A DNA stretch of 63,823 nucleotides, filler included, from an uncultured Rhodopirellula sp. (GTDB lineage Bacteria; Planctomycetota; Planctomycetia; Pirellulales; Pirellulaceae), in assembly GCA_964007735.1 (NCBI GenBank). It is 3 parts of 3 records of this genome, joined end to end, with 100 filler letters (N's around TTAATTAATTAA, not from the genome) between each part and the next. Parts side by side here need not be neighbours in the genome. Positions count along the whole stretch, not along the records: positions 43,956 to 63,823 come from CAXGAI010000065.1; 2 more parts are not named here. One strand, written 5' to 3'. How positions within the stretch are numbered: the first letter of the stretch is position 1; every line of letters begins with the position of its first letter. The position numbers and the translations under genes were made by a program. Of this stretch, positions 49,375 through 59,154 are shown piece after piece. The notes beneath the pieces are model-generated. The model ran no database searches and had not been told where the DNA came from. It worked only from the letters and a program-made list of their open reading frames with translations.

Positions 49375-50619
49375 CTATTTTGTGCCCAGACAATACAGAT
49401 GCGTCGCTGTGCGAACGAATAGCTGGTTATCCGCAATCGCAGGTGAGGCCATGCAGCCGGCAGAGAGTGTATTTCGACTGACGACATTAAATTTTGAACC
49501 TATGGATACGACGGTGGTCGTGCCGTTACGGTCTAAAAAGTAGATGTGGTCCTTGGTAGCCACAGGAGAAGTGCTAAAAGAACCGCCAATGCGTTCACGC
49601 CAGACTAATTCGCCGGTTTCGGCGTTGATGCATGAAGCCACCCCTGTCTTATCCGCCACGAAATATAGTAATCCATCTTTATGTATTAAGGACGGAGTGG
49701 AAGGACAGGCAGTACTGTACTTCCATTTCACGTCTTTCTCAGTAAGTACACCTTCTCCGGAAATATCCACGGCCCAGATCTCGGGCCGTCCAAAATCAGG
49801 TACGATGTAAACTAAATTTCCAGAAAAGACGGGTTGAGGTACGGCTGAAAAACCCTCACAAGCGATTCGCCATATTTCTTTTCCCGTGTTGGGGTCATAG
49901 GCATAGCAACCTTGTGCGGCCGGGCTAACCAGCAAGTCTTTCCCATTCACTTTGCGTACAACAGGTGTCACAAATGCTTTGCGAGCATGATTGCCAACAC
50001 CTGAAAGATCAAGTGACCGTGTGGTTTCCCAAACAGTGCTGCCGGTGCTTTTATTTAACGCGGTAATATGTTGTACGTCATATCCGTCACAGTGGAAAAT
50101 CAGCAGATCTTTATGAAGGATGGGGGAGGACCCCGGCCCTTCCTGATGGTTGAGTCTGATATCCTGCCGCCGCCATTTGATTTTTCCCGAGGTTGTGTCG
50201 ATGGCCGCTACACCATAAGTCCCAAAGTAGAGATAAACGGTGCCTTCTTCGATGACCGGTGTTGGTGAAGCAAAGGAATTGAGTGCATTGCTGGCTTCCA
50301 GTTTTTCAATATGAAACAGCTTGAGATTGTGGAGCAGTTTACCGTCGCGACGGAAACAGATGGCATGCAGGTCGTGTCCCTCATTTAAGGCTGTTCCCAT
50401 CCATATTTGATCATTCCAGATGACAGGAGATGAATGTCCCTTACCGGGTGTTGCCACTTTCCAGACGACGTTTTCCTCTTCATTCCATTGTGTTGGCAGT
50501 TTTGCGGATGTGTGTAAACCGTCTGCATTAGGCCCTCGGAATCGAGGCCAGTTTTCGGCTTGAATGGAGGTTGTTAGAGTTGCCAGAGTGAAGAACGCCA
50601 GAGTCATTCGGAATTGCAT
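49375..50619 (-). CDS. PQQ-binding-like beta-propeller protein
   Basis: ENWPRFRGP, GHSSPVI, NSFASPTPV, GPGSSPI; signal peptide. Confidence 0.9.
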   Translation of the reverse strand: MQFRMTLAFFTLATLTTSIQAENWPRFRGPNADGLHTSAKLPTQWNEEENVVWKVATPGKGHSSPVIWNDQIWMGTALNEGHDLHAICFRRDGKLLHNLKLFHIEKLEASNALNSFASPTPVIEEGTVYLYFGTYGVAAIDTTSGKIKWRRQDIRLNHQEGPGSSPILHKDLLIFHCDGYDVQHITALNKSTGSTVWETTRSLDLSGVGNHARKAFVTPVVRKVNGKDLLVSPAAQGCYAYDPNTGKEIWRIACEGFSAVPQPVFSGNLVYIVPDFGRPEIWAVDISGEGVLTEKDVKWKYSTACPSTPSLIHKDGLLYFVADKTGVASCINAETGELVWRERIGGSFSTSPVATKDHIYFLDRNGTTTVVSIGSKFNVVSRNTLSAGCMASPAIADNQLFVRTATHLYCLGTK

Positions 50620-50709
50620 TGTTGGTCATCTCTTGTTTGTGTTTTCGGGAAGGCTAAACTGTTAGTTATTATACTGTTTACCTGATATTGAGACTTTGGA
50701 GAGTTGAGA

Positions 50710-52044
50710 ATGCAAACCAGAATTGTTCTTTTCGTTATTTGTCTGCTGACCTCGTCTAGTGTGTGGGGACAAAACATCAGCCGTGACACCGAACTGGATT
50801 ATCCGTCCTATACGCCTGCGGATTCTGATGTCGTTATTTCCCGTAGCGACTATCACGAGAAGTTAGAAGGGTTCTGGTTGGCTGAGTGCATTGCAAACTG
50901 GACCGGCCTGAGAACGGAAGGGGTTAAGAAGACAGCGCCCTTCTACACCGACGAGGCGTGGGGAACCAAACAAGGACGCCGGCGTAATGGTGCTCCACAG
51001 ATGATCGAATTTGTTCTGGTGGAAGAAGGGGATGTTTGGGGGGCCGACGATGATACAGATATTGAGTATATCTACCAGAGCATTCTCGATACCAATAATA
51101 CAAGTGTTGTGACCGGCAAGATGATTCGTGACGGATGGTTAAAGCATATCAAGCATGAAGAGCAGAACTACCTTTGGGTCTCCAATGAGAAAGCGCTGCA
51201 TTTGATGATCGATGGTCTGGCACCTCCTTTGACAAGTCTTCCCGAGCACAATCCACACTTTGACCAAATTGACGCTCAATTGACGACAGAGATCTTTGGG
51301 TTATTCGCTCCTGCCAGGCCTGACGTTGCATTGAAGATGTCGCATCTTCCGATTCGCACTACCGCGTATCGGGATGCCGAGTGGATTGCCGAATTCTATG
51401 TAGTAATGCACTCGTTGGCTCCTAGTGTTGACGCAACGCTTTCCACGCACGAACAGGTCATGTGGTTGGCAGATCAGGCTCGGAAACGCATTCCTCACGA
51501 ATCGTTTGCCGCCAAAATGTATGATTTCGTAAAAACCGAATACGAAAAGAATGAAGACAAAGACAACTGGGAAGCGACACGTGACTATCTGAACTGGCGT
51601 CATACAGGTCAGACTATCGATGGATACAACTATCGTAGTTGGTTTGATGCCGGGATTAATTATGGTGCCAGCCTGGTTAGCCTTTTTTATGGACAGGGAG
51701 ATTTGAAACGGACCATCCGTATTGGTTCTCTTTGTGGGTGGGATTCAGATAATCCGACCGCTACCTGGGGAGGACTTATCGGTTTCCTGATCGGTAAAGA
51801 AGGCGTTGAGGAAGCTTTTCCGGATAAAAAGTTATCGACGTTGTACCGGATTGGTCGAACTCGCGTGAACTTTCCGGATCGCACCCCGAATCAGGATGGT
51901 GATGATTCCTTTGAATTGATGTCGACTCGTGGTATCCACGTGATTGACCGGGTTGTCATCGAAGAGATGGGCGGAGGAGTCGATCTTGAGAAGGATGTCT
52001 GGTATATCCCGTCCAATCCGACCGTTCCGCGAGCGAATTACTAG
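50710..52044 (+). CDS. Secreted ADP-ribosylglycohydrolase-fold protein
   Basis: WGADDDTD and GWDSDNPTATWGG metal-binding motifs, IDAQLTTEIFGLFAP; signal peptide. Confidence 0.85.
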   Translation: MQTRIVLFVICLLTSSSVWGQNISRDTELDYPSYTPADSDVVISRSDYHEKLEGFWLAECIANWTGLRTEGVKKTAPFYTDEAWGTKQGRRRNGAPQMIEFVLVEEGDVWGADDDTDIEYIYQSILDTNNTSVVTGKMIRDGWLKHIKHEEQNYLWVSNEKALHLMIDGLAPPLTSLPEHNPHFDQIDAQLTTEIFGLFAPARPDVALKMSHLPIRTTAYRDAEWIAEFYVVMHSLAPSVDATLSTHEQVMWLADQARKRIPHESFAAKMYDFVKTEYEKNEDKDNWEATRDYLNWRHTGQTIDGYNYRSWFDAGINYGASLVSLFYGQGDLKRTIRIGSLCGWDSDNPTATWGGLIGFLIGKEGVEEAFPDKKLSTLYRIGRTRVNFPDRTPNQDGDDSFELMSTRGIHVIDRVVIEEMGGGVDLEKDVWYIPSNPTVPRANY

Positions 52045-52092
52045 AGTTACTTGCCGCATCCCTTCGGATCACATTCATAGAGATGACTTATA

Positions 52093-54408
52093 ATGCCTCT
52101 CCACAATTCTCCCATAATATATCGATCGAAGATAACTGTTTCGGCCTTATGCTTTGTCATCGCGCTGCTAGTGAATGTCTCGCAAGGCCAACAGATTGCG
52201 CTTACAGAGTTAAGAGATATTGAGACTCGTGGTGATCTGGCTGAACGAATTGAGTTGGCAGTTGCGTATCTCGACTTAGCGACTCGTCAGCAGTTATGGA
52301 GTGGTTTTGAAGCGGAACTGACAGACGATCACTCGTTTGGACTGTGGGCAGCCGATTGGCCTGGCCGTACGTTGGAGGCCTATGCTCGAACGTCACTGGC
52401 GTTAGGGAAACCAACCTCGAAACGTTTTGACGAAGTTGGGTTTGGATTGCTGGGAAACCAGCGGCGCGACGGAGCGTTTAAAAATGGAAAACCCATTGCT
52501 CCGGAACGAACAGGCTATGCGTACTCGAACGGCTATTGGTTTGGGAATGCCCGAGGTTTGCTGGGGTTGATTTGGGCTCACAAATATAGGCCGCAACAAG
52601 AAGCCTATCTCGACGGCGCTAAAAAGTTGGGTGATCACTTCGTTGCTAATTACTTTGCTGAAGGGCAACTAGGTGCACCGAGTTCTTTTTGGTGGGTCGG
52701 TACTGAAGCCATGGTTGAGTTATATGGTATTACAGAGGATCGTAAGTATTTAGATTTTGGAGTGCGGATTGCCGAGTCGGTGCCGGATGTTAATCCAATC
52801 AGCCAGCATACCCATTCATACCTCTTAGCGATCCGCGGCATAGTCAATATCTGTGCTCACCTGCAAGCGGAAGAGGAAGCAAGCGTTAGACGGGCGTTAC
52901 TGGCCAAAGCATTAAAACAGCATGAGTATTTTGAAAACCATGTAATGTGGCCAGGTGGTGGAATTGTCGAACATCTGGGACAACCGGAAGGCTATAGTCT
53001 TAACTATTGGTTTGACGAGGGTTGCAGTGTGTTTGACTGGTGGGGGCTGAATGTAGATCTTTGGCGAGTCACCAAAGAGACCCGATTCCTGGATATGGCC
53101 GAACGTACAGCTCGAAACCACCTTTTGTTTAATCAGGATCGTTCGGGTGGATTTTGTGGTGATCGGGGAATTGATTTCGTGAGAGAGGGGTCACCCTGGC
53201 CGTTCTGTTGTGCGATGCACGGAACACGTACGCTGGCGGAGATTCCTCAGTACATTGCCACGACGGATCAGGAATCGATCTTTGTAAGTTTCTATTATCC
53301 GTCTACCACGGATTTGGTTGTCCAGAACCACCCGATCACGATTCAGATGGAATGTGATTATCTGACCAATGGGGTTGTCGAAGTGACAGTTGCATCGGCA
53401 CAGGAGTTAAATATCCCATTCAATATACGAGTGCCTGCCTGGAGTCGAGTGGCTAAACTCTCTATTAACGGGGAACCGCAGGAAGCGGTTGTGAAAGCGG
53501 GATGGTGTGTTCTTGATCGTGTCTGGAAAGGAACAACGGATATTCGAATACAGTTTGAAATGACCGTGCGGACTGAGCCTATGAACGACTTTATAGGTCT
53601 TCAGGAAGGAGACGATACTTCACGAAAAAGCCTTTGGTTTGGTCCTCGTCAACTGGTTTATAACCAGTCGATCAATCAGGACCTTCATAAGATTGTCCAG
53701 GATCAGCCTGCATTGCGACACGTCTATCAAACTTATGGTGAGTTGCAACTGGATCAATCTACAAAAAAGACACCGCTTACGATTGGAGAAAAGAAGTACA
53801 AGAAAGGTCTTGGTACGCATTCGGTGAGCGAAATTACCTATTGGCTGGATGGACAGTTCAAGGACTTTCGGTCTGATATTGGTATCGACGCATCTGCCGA
53901 GGGAGCAGGTGCCGTAAGATTCAAAGTCTGTGCTGACGGTAAAGTCGTTCATGGTGACGTCGTTAAGGCCAGTATTGGTGAAAAGAATGAGGGACAGGTT
54001 CAGTCTCTTTATGGATTTGAAGTGACGGCCATGTCAGGACGGGATCCAGCCAGATCCATACTGGTCGACGTCGCCGACACTAAGTTGCTCACTTTGGTTG
54101 TGGACGAAGCGGTGAATGGTCTCGCCAAAGATTATGCCAACTGGGCTGAGGCGCGTTTGATTAAAAAGGATGGTACCGTAGTTTATCTTAGTGATCTTCC
54201 GAACGATCGGGCAAAAGGGATCCCTTTCGATCAATTAGAGATTGATGAGGAGAACGTACATAGTGTAGCCAAAGAGCGGGTGGTATTTGGTGTTTCTATC
54301 GGAGGCAAAGATGTACCAGTCGTGTTCAGTTTTCTTGATTCGCTGGGTTACGATCTAATGAAAAACCGACCGGTATTACGGTCCTACGTGAAGACATCCG
54401 ATAATTAA
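52093..54408 (+). CDS. GH127/GH146-like (beta-L-arabinofuranosidase family) hydrolase with NPCBM/NEW2 domain
   Basis: DWPGRTLEA, HTHSYL, EGCSVFDW, PFCCAMHG, IRVPAWS; NPCBM motif YKKGLGTHSVSEITY...FRSDIGID...DYANWAEARL. Confidence 0.85.
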   Translation: MPLHNSPIIYRSKITVSALCFVIALLVNVSQGQQIALTELRDIETRGDLAERIELAVAYLDLATRQQLWSGFEAELTDDHSFGLWAADWPGRTLEAYARTSLALGKPTSKRFDEVGFGLLGNQRRDGAFKNGKPIAPERTGYAYSNGYWFGNARGLLGLIWAHKYRPQQEAYLDGAKKLGDHFVANYFAEGQLGAPSSFWWVGTEAMVELYGITEDRKYLDFGVRIAESVPDVNPISQHTHSYLLAIRGIVNICAHLQAEEEASVRRALLAKALKQHEYFENHVMWPGGGIVEHLGQPEGYSLNYWFDEGCSVFDWWGLNVDLWRVTKETRFLDMAERTARNHLLFNQDRSGGFCGDRGIDFVREGSPWPFCCAMHGTRTLAEIPQYIATTDQESIFVSFYYPSTTDLVVQNHPITIQMECDYLTNGVVEVTVASAQELNIPFNIRVPAWSRVAKLSINGEPQEAVVKAGWCVLDRVWKGTTDIRIQFEMTVRTEPMNDFIGLQEGDDTSRKSLWFGPRQLVYNQSINQDLHKIVQDQPALRHVYQTYGELQLDQSTKKTPLTIGEKKYKKGLGTHSVSEITYWLDGQFKDFRSDIGIDASAEGAGAVRFKVCADGKVVHGDVVKASIGEKNEGQVQSLYGFEVTAMSGRDPARSILVDVADTKLLTLVVDEAVNGLAKDYANWAEARLIKKDGTVVYLSDLPNDRAKGIPFDQLEIDEENVHSVAKERVVFGVSIGGKDVPVVFSFLDSLGYDLMKNRPVLRSYVKTSDN

Positions 54409-54431
54409 CTACACAATACCGAGGAATATCT

Positions 54432-55931
54432 GTGAAGATCATTCATGCAGTCAATTTGCAACTTTTGTGGATGGTGTGTGTAGGGGCTGCTATCCCCGGA
54501 TTATTACAGGCAGAGGCTCCTCGTCCCAATCTGATCGTTGTTCTTTGCGATGACCTTGGCTATGGTGATTTGGCATGCTACGGCAATGACGTTGTACAAA
54601 CTCCGAATATTGATCAATTTGCTGCCGAAGGGATTAAATTTACTCGTTGCTATGCTGCAGCGCCAAATTGTTCCCCGGCCCGTACGGGACTCATGACAGG
54701 ACGGACACCGTACCGGGCCGGTATTCATAATTGGATTCCCTATGATTCGCCAATGCATGTGCGAAAAGATGAAGTCACCATTGCAAAATTGCTGCGGGAT
54801 TCAGGCTATCAAACATGTCATGTAGGCAAGTGGCATCTGAACGGCAACTTAACCGATACTCGTTATCCACAACCAAAAGATCACGGGTTTGATTGGTCTT
54901 TTGGCACCCAAAATAACGCGTTGCCCTGTCATAAGGATCCGGTAAATTTTGTACGCAACGGAAAAGCCGTTGGCCCATTGAAAGGCTTCGCTGCTGATTT
55001 AGTGACGGACGAGGCGATTCGCTGGCTTAATAAACAACGTCAGGGCGATACTCCGTTCTTTATGTATGTTGCTTATCACGAGCCTCATGAGCCAATCGCA
55101 TCCAATCATCAATACACAAAACTGTATGAGTCCCGTGGGAAACCAAGTCCTTACGATCCGGAAGTAACGAGCTTTCAGGCTCATCACGGTAATCTCACAC
55201 AAATGGATTCGGCCTTTGGTCGCCTTTTAAAACATCTGGAGACATTGGGGCTCAGGCATGATACTTTGATTTTCTTCACAAGTGATAATGGACCGGCTAT
55301 TACGAATGCTCATCCGCATGGAAGTACCGGCGGTTTACGTGATAAGAAGGGTTCTGTTTACGAAGGTGGTATTCGGGTTCCCGGAGTGGTTCAATGGCCC
55401 AGGGCCTGGAAGAACCCTCAAGTGTTAGACCTGCCGATCAGTGGTGTCGATGTGTTACCTACGTTTTGTCAGGTTGCCGGAGTGGTACCGCCTGAGACGT
55501 TGGAATTAGATGGGGCCAGTTTTATCAGTGCAATTGGCGGTCGACCTGTTCGCCGAAATAAACCGCTTTACTGGCAGTTTCATAGCGCCCGAGGAGAGGA
55601 TCAGTTGGCTGCGATCGACGGAAATTGGAAGATAGTTGGGCAATTCGAAGGGGGAAGTTTACCTCCGCATGGAGATATCTTTGCCGAACATCAGCAACGA
55701 ATTCAGGATGCTAGGATAACGCGTTATCAGTTGTTTGATCTAACGAAAGATGAGACGACGGATGTGCAGGCTGAGAATCCTGGTGTGGCTCAGCAGCTAA
55801 TCCGAAATCTCCAGAATACGTTTCTGTCCGTGCAGTCGGATAATCCATCATGGCCGGCTTGGGAGTGGCCTCGGGAAGAGGGCATGCAAATACGGGCCTA
55901 CGTTGAATCCCTAAAATCAATGCAGGAGTAG
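54432..55931 (+). CDS. Sulfatase (S1, Cys-type)
   Basis: PNLIVVLCDDLGYGD, CSPARTGLMTG, GKWHL, TSDNGP, KGSVYEGGIRVP. Confidence 0.96.
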   Translation: MKIIHAVNLQLLWMVCVGAAIPGLLQAEAPRPNLIVVLCDDLGYGDLACYGNDVVQTPNIDQFAAEGIKFTRCYAAAPNCSPARTGLMTGRTPYRAGIHNWIPYDSPMHVRKDEVTIAKLLRDSGYQTCHVGKWHLNGNLTDTRYPQPKDHGFDWSFGTQNNALPCHKDPVNFVRNGKAVGPLKGFAADLVTDEAIRWLNKQRQGDTPFFMYVAYHEPHEPIASNHQYTKLYESRGKPSPYDPEVTSFQAHHGNLTQMDSAFGRLLKHLETLGLRHDTLIFFTSDNGPAITNAHPHGSTGGLRDKKGSVYEGGIRVPGVVQWPRAWKNPQVLDLPISGVDVLPTFCQVAGVVPPETLELDGASFISAIGGRPVRRNKPLYWQFHSARGEDQLAAIDGNWKIVGQFEGGSLPPHGDIFAEHQQRIQDARITRYQLFDLTKDETTDVQAENPGVAQQLIRNLQNTFLSVQSDNPSWPAWEWPREEGMQIRAYVESLKSMQE

Positions 55932-56014
55932 TTCCCGGGCTGACGGGTAATTCATTTTGCGTCACATTTCATTTTTATATTAAGATAGAGTGTCTAAGCT
56001 GCATTCAGAAATTC

Positions 56015-57361
56015 ATGAGATTGTTAGGTATGCTCCAGCCACACTCGCCTTTTGCTTCAAGTATTCACGTTGGTTCCCGTCGTTGGTTCCTTAGAACTGG
56101 GGCAGCGGCAATGGCCAGTATTCCACTGGCAACTCTGCAGCAAGTTCAGGCTCAGGCTAACCACTCCAATTCAAAAAAATCCGTCATTCTGTTTTGGCTC
56201 AGCGGTGGCCCCAGTCAAATAGACATGTGGGACCCAAAGCCGGATGCGCCAGTAGAAATCCGTAGTCCTTTTGAGACAATCTCCACCTCGGTTCCCGGTA
56301 TTCAGTTTACCGAGCATCTGCCCCGGCAGGCTGCGATTGCCGATAAGATGGCAGTATTACGTGCGGTTGATTGTTCAGCTAGTAATCATACCCCGATCAC
56401 GATGCAGGCTGGCAACCCGTTGGCGCGACGAACCAATGATGGCAAAGACGGGGCAGGTTACCCGTCGATGGGTTCAGTGGTATCAAAGTTTAGAGGTTCC
56501 AATGCCCCCGAACTACCTGCGTTTATCGGGTTGGCCAAGACCTGGGCATCGGACGTTTATGGTGCCGGCCACTTAGGTAGCAAGTATGAACCGGTCAAAG
56601 GTCTGGAGCTTGCCGATAAGTTTAAGCTGCCTACCGGTATTGATGTTCAACGACTACAAAACCGAGCCGCCTTGCGGGAACAAATCAATGGAGCCCGCAA
56701 AGAGCTCGAGGATCACAACCTGCTGGAGCAGTTTGATGCAAATACGCAACGAGCATTTGAAATGGTATTGTCCGGGAAAGTGGAGCAGGCTTTCGATGTC
56801 ACGCAGGAGTCAGACGAACTACGTGATGAATACGGTCGAACGAGTGTCGGTGAAAAAGCGTTGCTTGCCCGTCGTTTGGTGGAAGCCGGGGTTTCTTTTG
56901 TGCTGGTGAGCGGTGCCTGGGGCTATTTTGATCATCACGGTGATAATGTCCGCTGGGGAGGTATCGAGAAAGGGCTTAAGCCTTTGCTACCTCGTGTGGA
57001 TCAAGTTTACCCAGCTCTGATCAATGATTTGGAACAGCGGGGAATGCTCGATGATACATTAGTCATGATGATGGGGGAATTTGGGCGTTCGCCTAAGATC
57101 AATACGGAAGCGGGGCGGGATCATTGGGTTCCGGTGATGTCCATGATCATGTCTGGCGGTGGGATTCAGGGAGGCCAGATACTGGGAAGTACCGATCGTA
57201 CAGGGGGTGAAATCAAATCAGGTATGGTTCGGCCGCAGGATTTGGCTGCGACCACGTTCAAGCATCTGGAAATTGATTTAAATAGCCATTGGGTTAATTC
57301 TCAAGGCCGTCCGATTCCGATTGTTCAGGAAGGTGGTCGTCCGATTGAAGGGCTTATCTAA
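56015..57361 (+). CDS. DUF1501 domain protein
   Basis: SRRWFL Tat-like motif, LSGGPSQIDMWDPKP, LLARRLVEAGV, FDHH, MGEFGRSP, GRDHW. Confidence 0.93.
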   Translation: MRLLGMLQPHSPFASSIHVGSRRWFLRTGAAAMASIPLATLQQVQAQANHSNSKKSVILFWLSGGPSQIDMWDPKPDAPVEIRSPFETISTSVPGIQFTEHLPRQAAIADKMAVLRAVDCSASNHTPITMQAGNPLARRTNDGKDGAGYPSMGSVVSKFRGSNAPELPAFIGLAKTWASDVYGAGHLGSKYEPVKGLELADKFKLPTGIDVQRLQNRAALREQINGARKELEDHNLLEQFDANTQRAFEMVLSGKVEQAFDVTQESDELRDEYGRTSVGEKALLARRLVEAGVSFVLVSGAWGYFDHHGDNVRWGGIEKGLKPLLPRVDQVYPALINDLEQRGMLDDTLVMMMGEFGRSPKINTEAGRDHWVPVMSMIMSGGGIQGGQILGSTDRTGGEIKSGMVRPQDLAATTFKHLEIDLNSHWVNSQGRPIPIVQEGGRPIEGLI

Positions 57362-57365
57362 CAGA

Positions 57366-59048
57366 ATGAAGATTGTATTTTCGCTACTGTTTTTCGTCTT
57401 GCAGGCCGCTATCGCACAGTCTCAGGAGCATGTAGCGACGGCTGACCGGGCGATGGTTGCCACAGTTCATCCGCTGGCAACCGATGCGGCATTAAAGTCG
57501 CTCTCTGACGGCGGCAACGCTGTCGATGCAGCGCTTACAGCGGCCATCACTTTAGGTGTGGTGGATGGCTACAACTCGGGGATTGGTGGTGGTTGCTTTA
57601 TTCTTATTCGCACCCCCGATGGTAAGCTGATTACTGTTGATGGTCGTGAGACCGCTCCCAAACAAGCGACTGCAGAGATGTTCTATCGCGATGGAAAACC
57701 TGACACGGCATTGTCTCAGGTAGGCGCATTGGCCTCAGGTACGCCTGGCGCCGTTGCGGCTTATCATATGGCCTGGAAAAAGGCCGGTAGTTTGCCTTGG
57801 GAAACTCACTTCCAGGAAGCAATTCATATAGCCGAAAACGGATTTGCGATATCGGATCGTTACGCTCGGTTACTCGCTTCACGGAAGCAACTCTTTGAAC
57901 AATTTGCTGCCAGCGAAGCACTGTTTATTCGTGATGGTAAGACACTTGCTGCAGGTGAGAGGTTTGTGCAGGAAGAGCTAGCCAGCACTTTGAAGGGAAT
58001 AGCTCAGGAGGGTCCGGAATATTTTTATCGAGGGAAAGTAGCCGCGTTGATTGCAGATTGGATGGATGCCAATGGTGGAGTGATGACCCGACGTGATTTG
58101 GCGACTTATCAAGCCAAACTTCGGTCACCGGTCGTTAGCACCTATCGGGGACATACCATTGTAGGCTTTCCACCGCCAAGTTCAGGGGGGACTCATGTTG
58201 GACAGATCCTGAACATGATGGAGGAATTTCCACTTAGTGAATATTATCGCGACAGTACTACAAAATATACTCATGTTGTTGCCGAGGCGATGAAGTTGGC
58301 CTTCGCTGATCGGGCGTACTGGTTGGGAGATGCCGATTTCACTCGTGTTCCTCAAGGATTGATTGCGAAATCGTATGCTCGCGACTTGAGCCGCCGAATT
58401 GATTTAGATGCTGCAATCACGGTGAAGTCACATGGCTTACCTCCACGGAAATTTCCAGCCAGATCGGAACGCCATACCACTCATATTGCTGTTGCTGACT
58501 CTGAAGGCTATTGGGTGGCAATGACGGCTACAATCAATACATCGTTTGGTTCAAAAGTTGTCATTCCCGGCACGGGTATCATTATGAACAATGAAATGGA
58601 TGACTTCGCATTGGCGCCGGGAATTGCCAATGCCTTTGGACTGCTTGGCAGCGAAGCAAATAAGGTCGAGGCGCTCAAGCGACCTCTTTCAAGTATGTCA
58701 CCAACAATTGTTTTGAAAGATGGGCAGCCGATGCTAACCGTTGGAGCCGCTGGCGGACCTAAAATTATCACTTCGGTTGTCCTTGGGATCAGCCGTATTG
58801 TGGACTTGGAAATGTCGCCCAGAGAGGCCATTGAAGAACCTAGATTTCATCATCAATGGTCACCTGACCGACTCTATTTGGAGCGAACCAATGAACCGGA
58901 GTTGTTGAATCGAATGAAACAGCTCGGTCATACCGTTTATTCGACGAGTTCTGCCGGTATTAGTCAGATGATTTACCGAGATCCGGAATCTGGCCGATTT
59001 ATGGGCGTTTCAGATCCTCGAACCGCAGGGAAAGCTTCCGGGCGTTAG
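57366..59048 (+). CDS. ggt: Gamma-glutamyltransferase
   Basis: GGNAVDAA, SGIGGG, DGRETAP, PPPSSGG, catalytic HTTH, NNEMDDF, RPLSSMSP, GAAGG, SDPR. ATG at 57366. Confidence 0.96.
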   Translation: MKIVFSLLFFVLQAAIAQSQEHVATADRAMVATVHPLATDAALKSLSDGGNAVDAALTAAITLGVVDGYNSGIGGGCFILIRTPDGKLITVDGRETAPKQATAEMFYRDGKPDTALSQVGALASGTPGAVAAYHMAWKKAGSLPWETHFQEAIHIAENGFAISDRYARLLASRKQLFEQFAASEALFIRDGKTLAAGERFVQEELASTLKGIAQEGPEYFYRGKVAALIADWMDANGGVMTRRDLATYQAKLRSPVVSTYRGHTIVGFPPPSSGGTHVGQILNMMEEFPLSEYYRDSTTKYTHVVAEAMKLAFADRAYWLGDADFTRVPQGLIAKSYARDLSRRIDLDAAITVKSHGLPPRKFPARSERHTTHIAVADSEGYWVAMTATINTSFGSKVVIPGTGIIMNNEMDDFALAPGIANAFGLLGSEANKVEALKRPLSSMSPTIVLKDGQPMLTVGAAGGPKIITSVVLGISRIVDLEMSPREAIEEPRFHHQWSPDRLYLERTNEPELLNRMKQLGHTVYSTSSAGISQMIYRDPESGRFMGVSDPRTAGKASGR

Positions 59049-59154
59049 CAGAAGCCGTTTCCGGAGTGAATCGCTTTCTCCATACCACGTACGGCGGTTA
59101 TAATGTAGTCTTAGGCACTTATAAAAATGCTTGGTTGTTACTGAGGTTTAAAAC

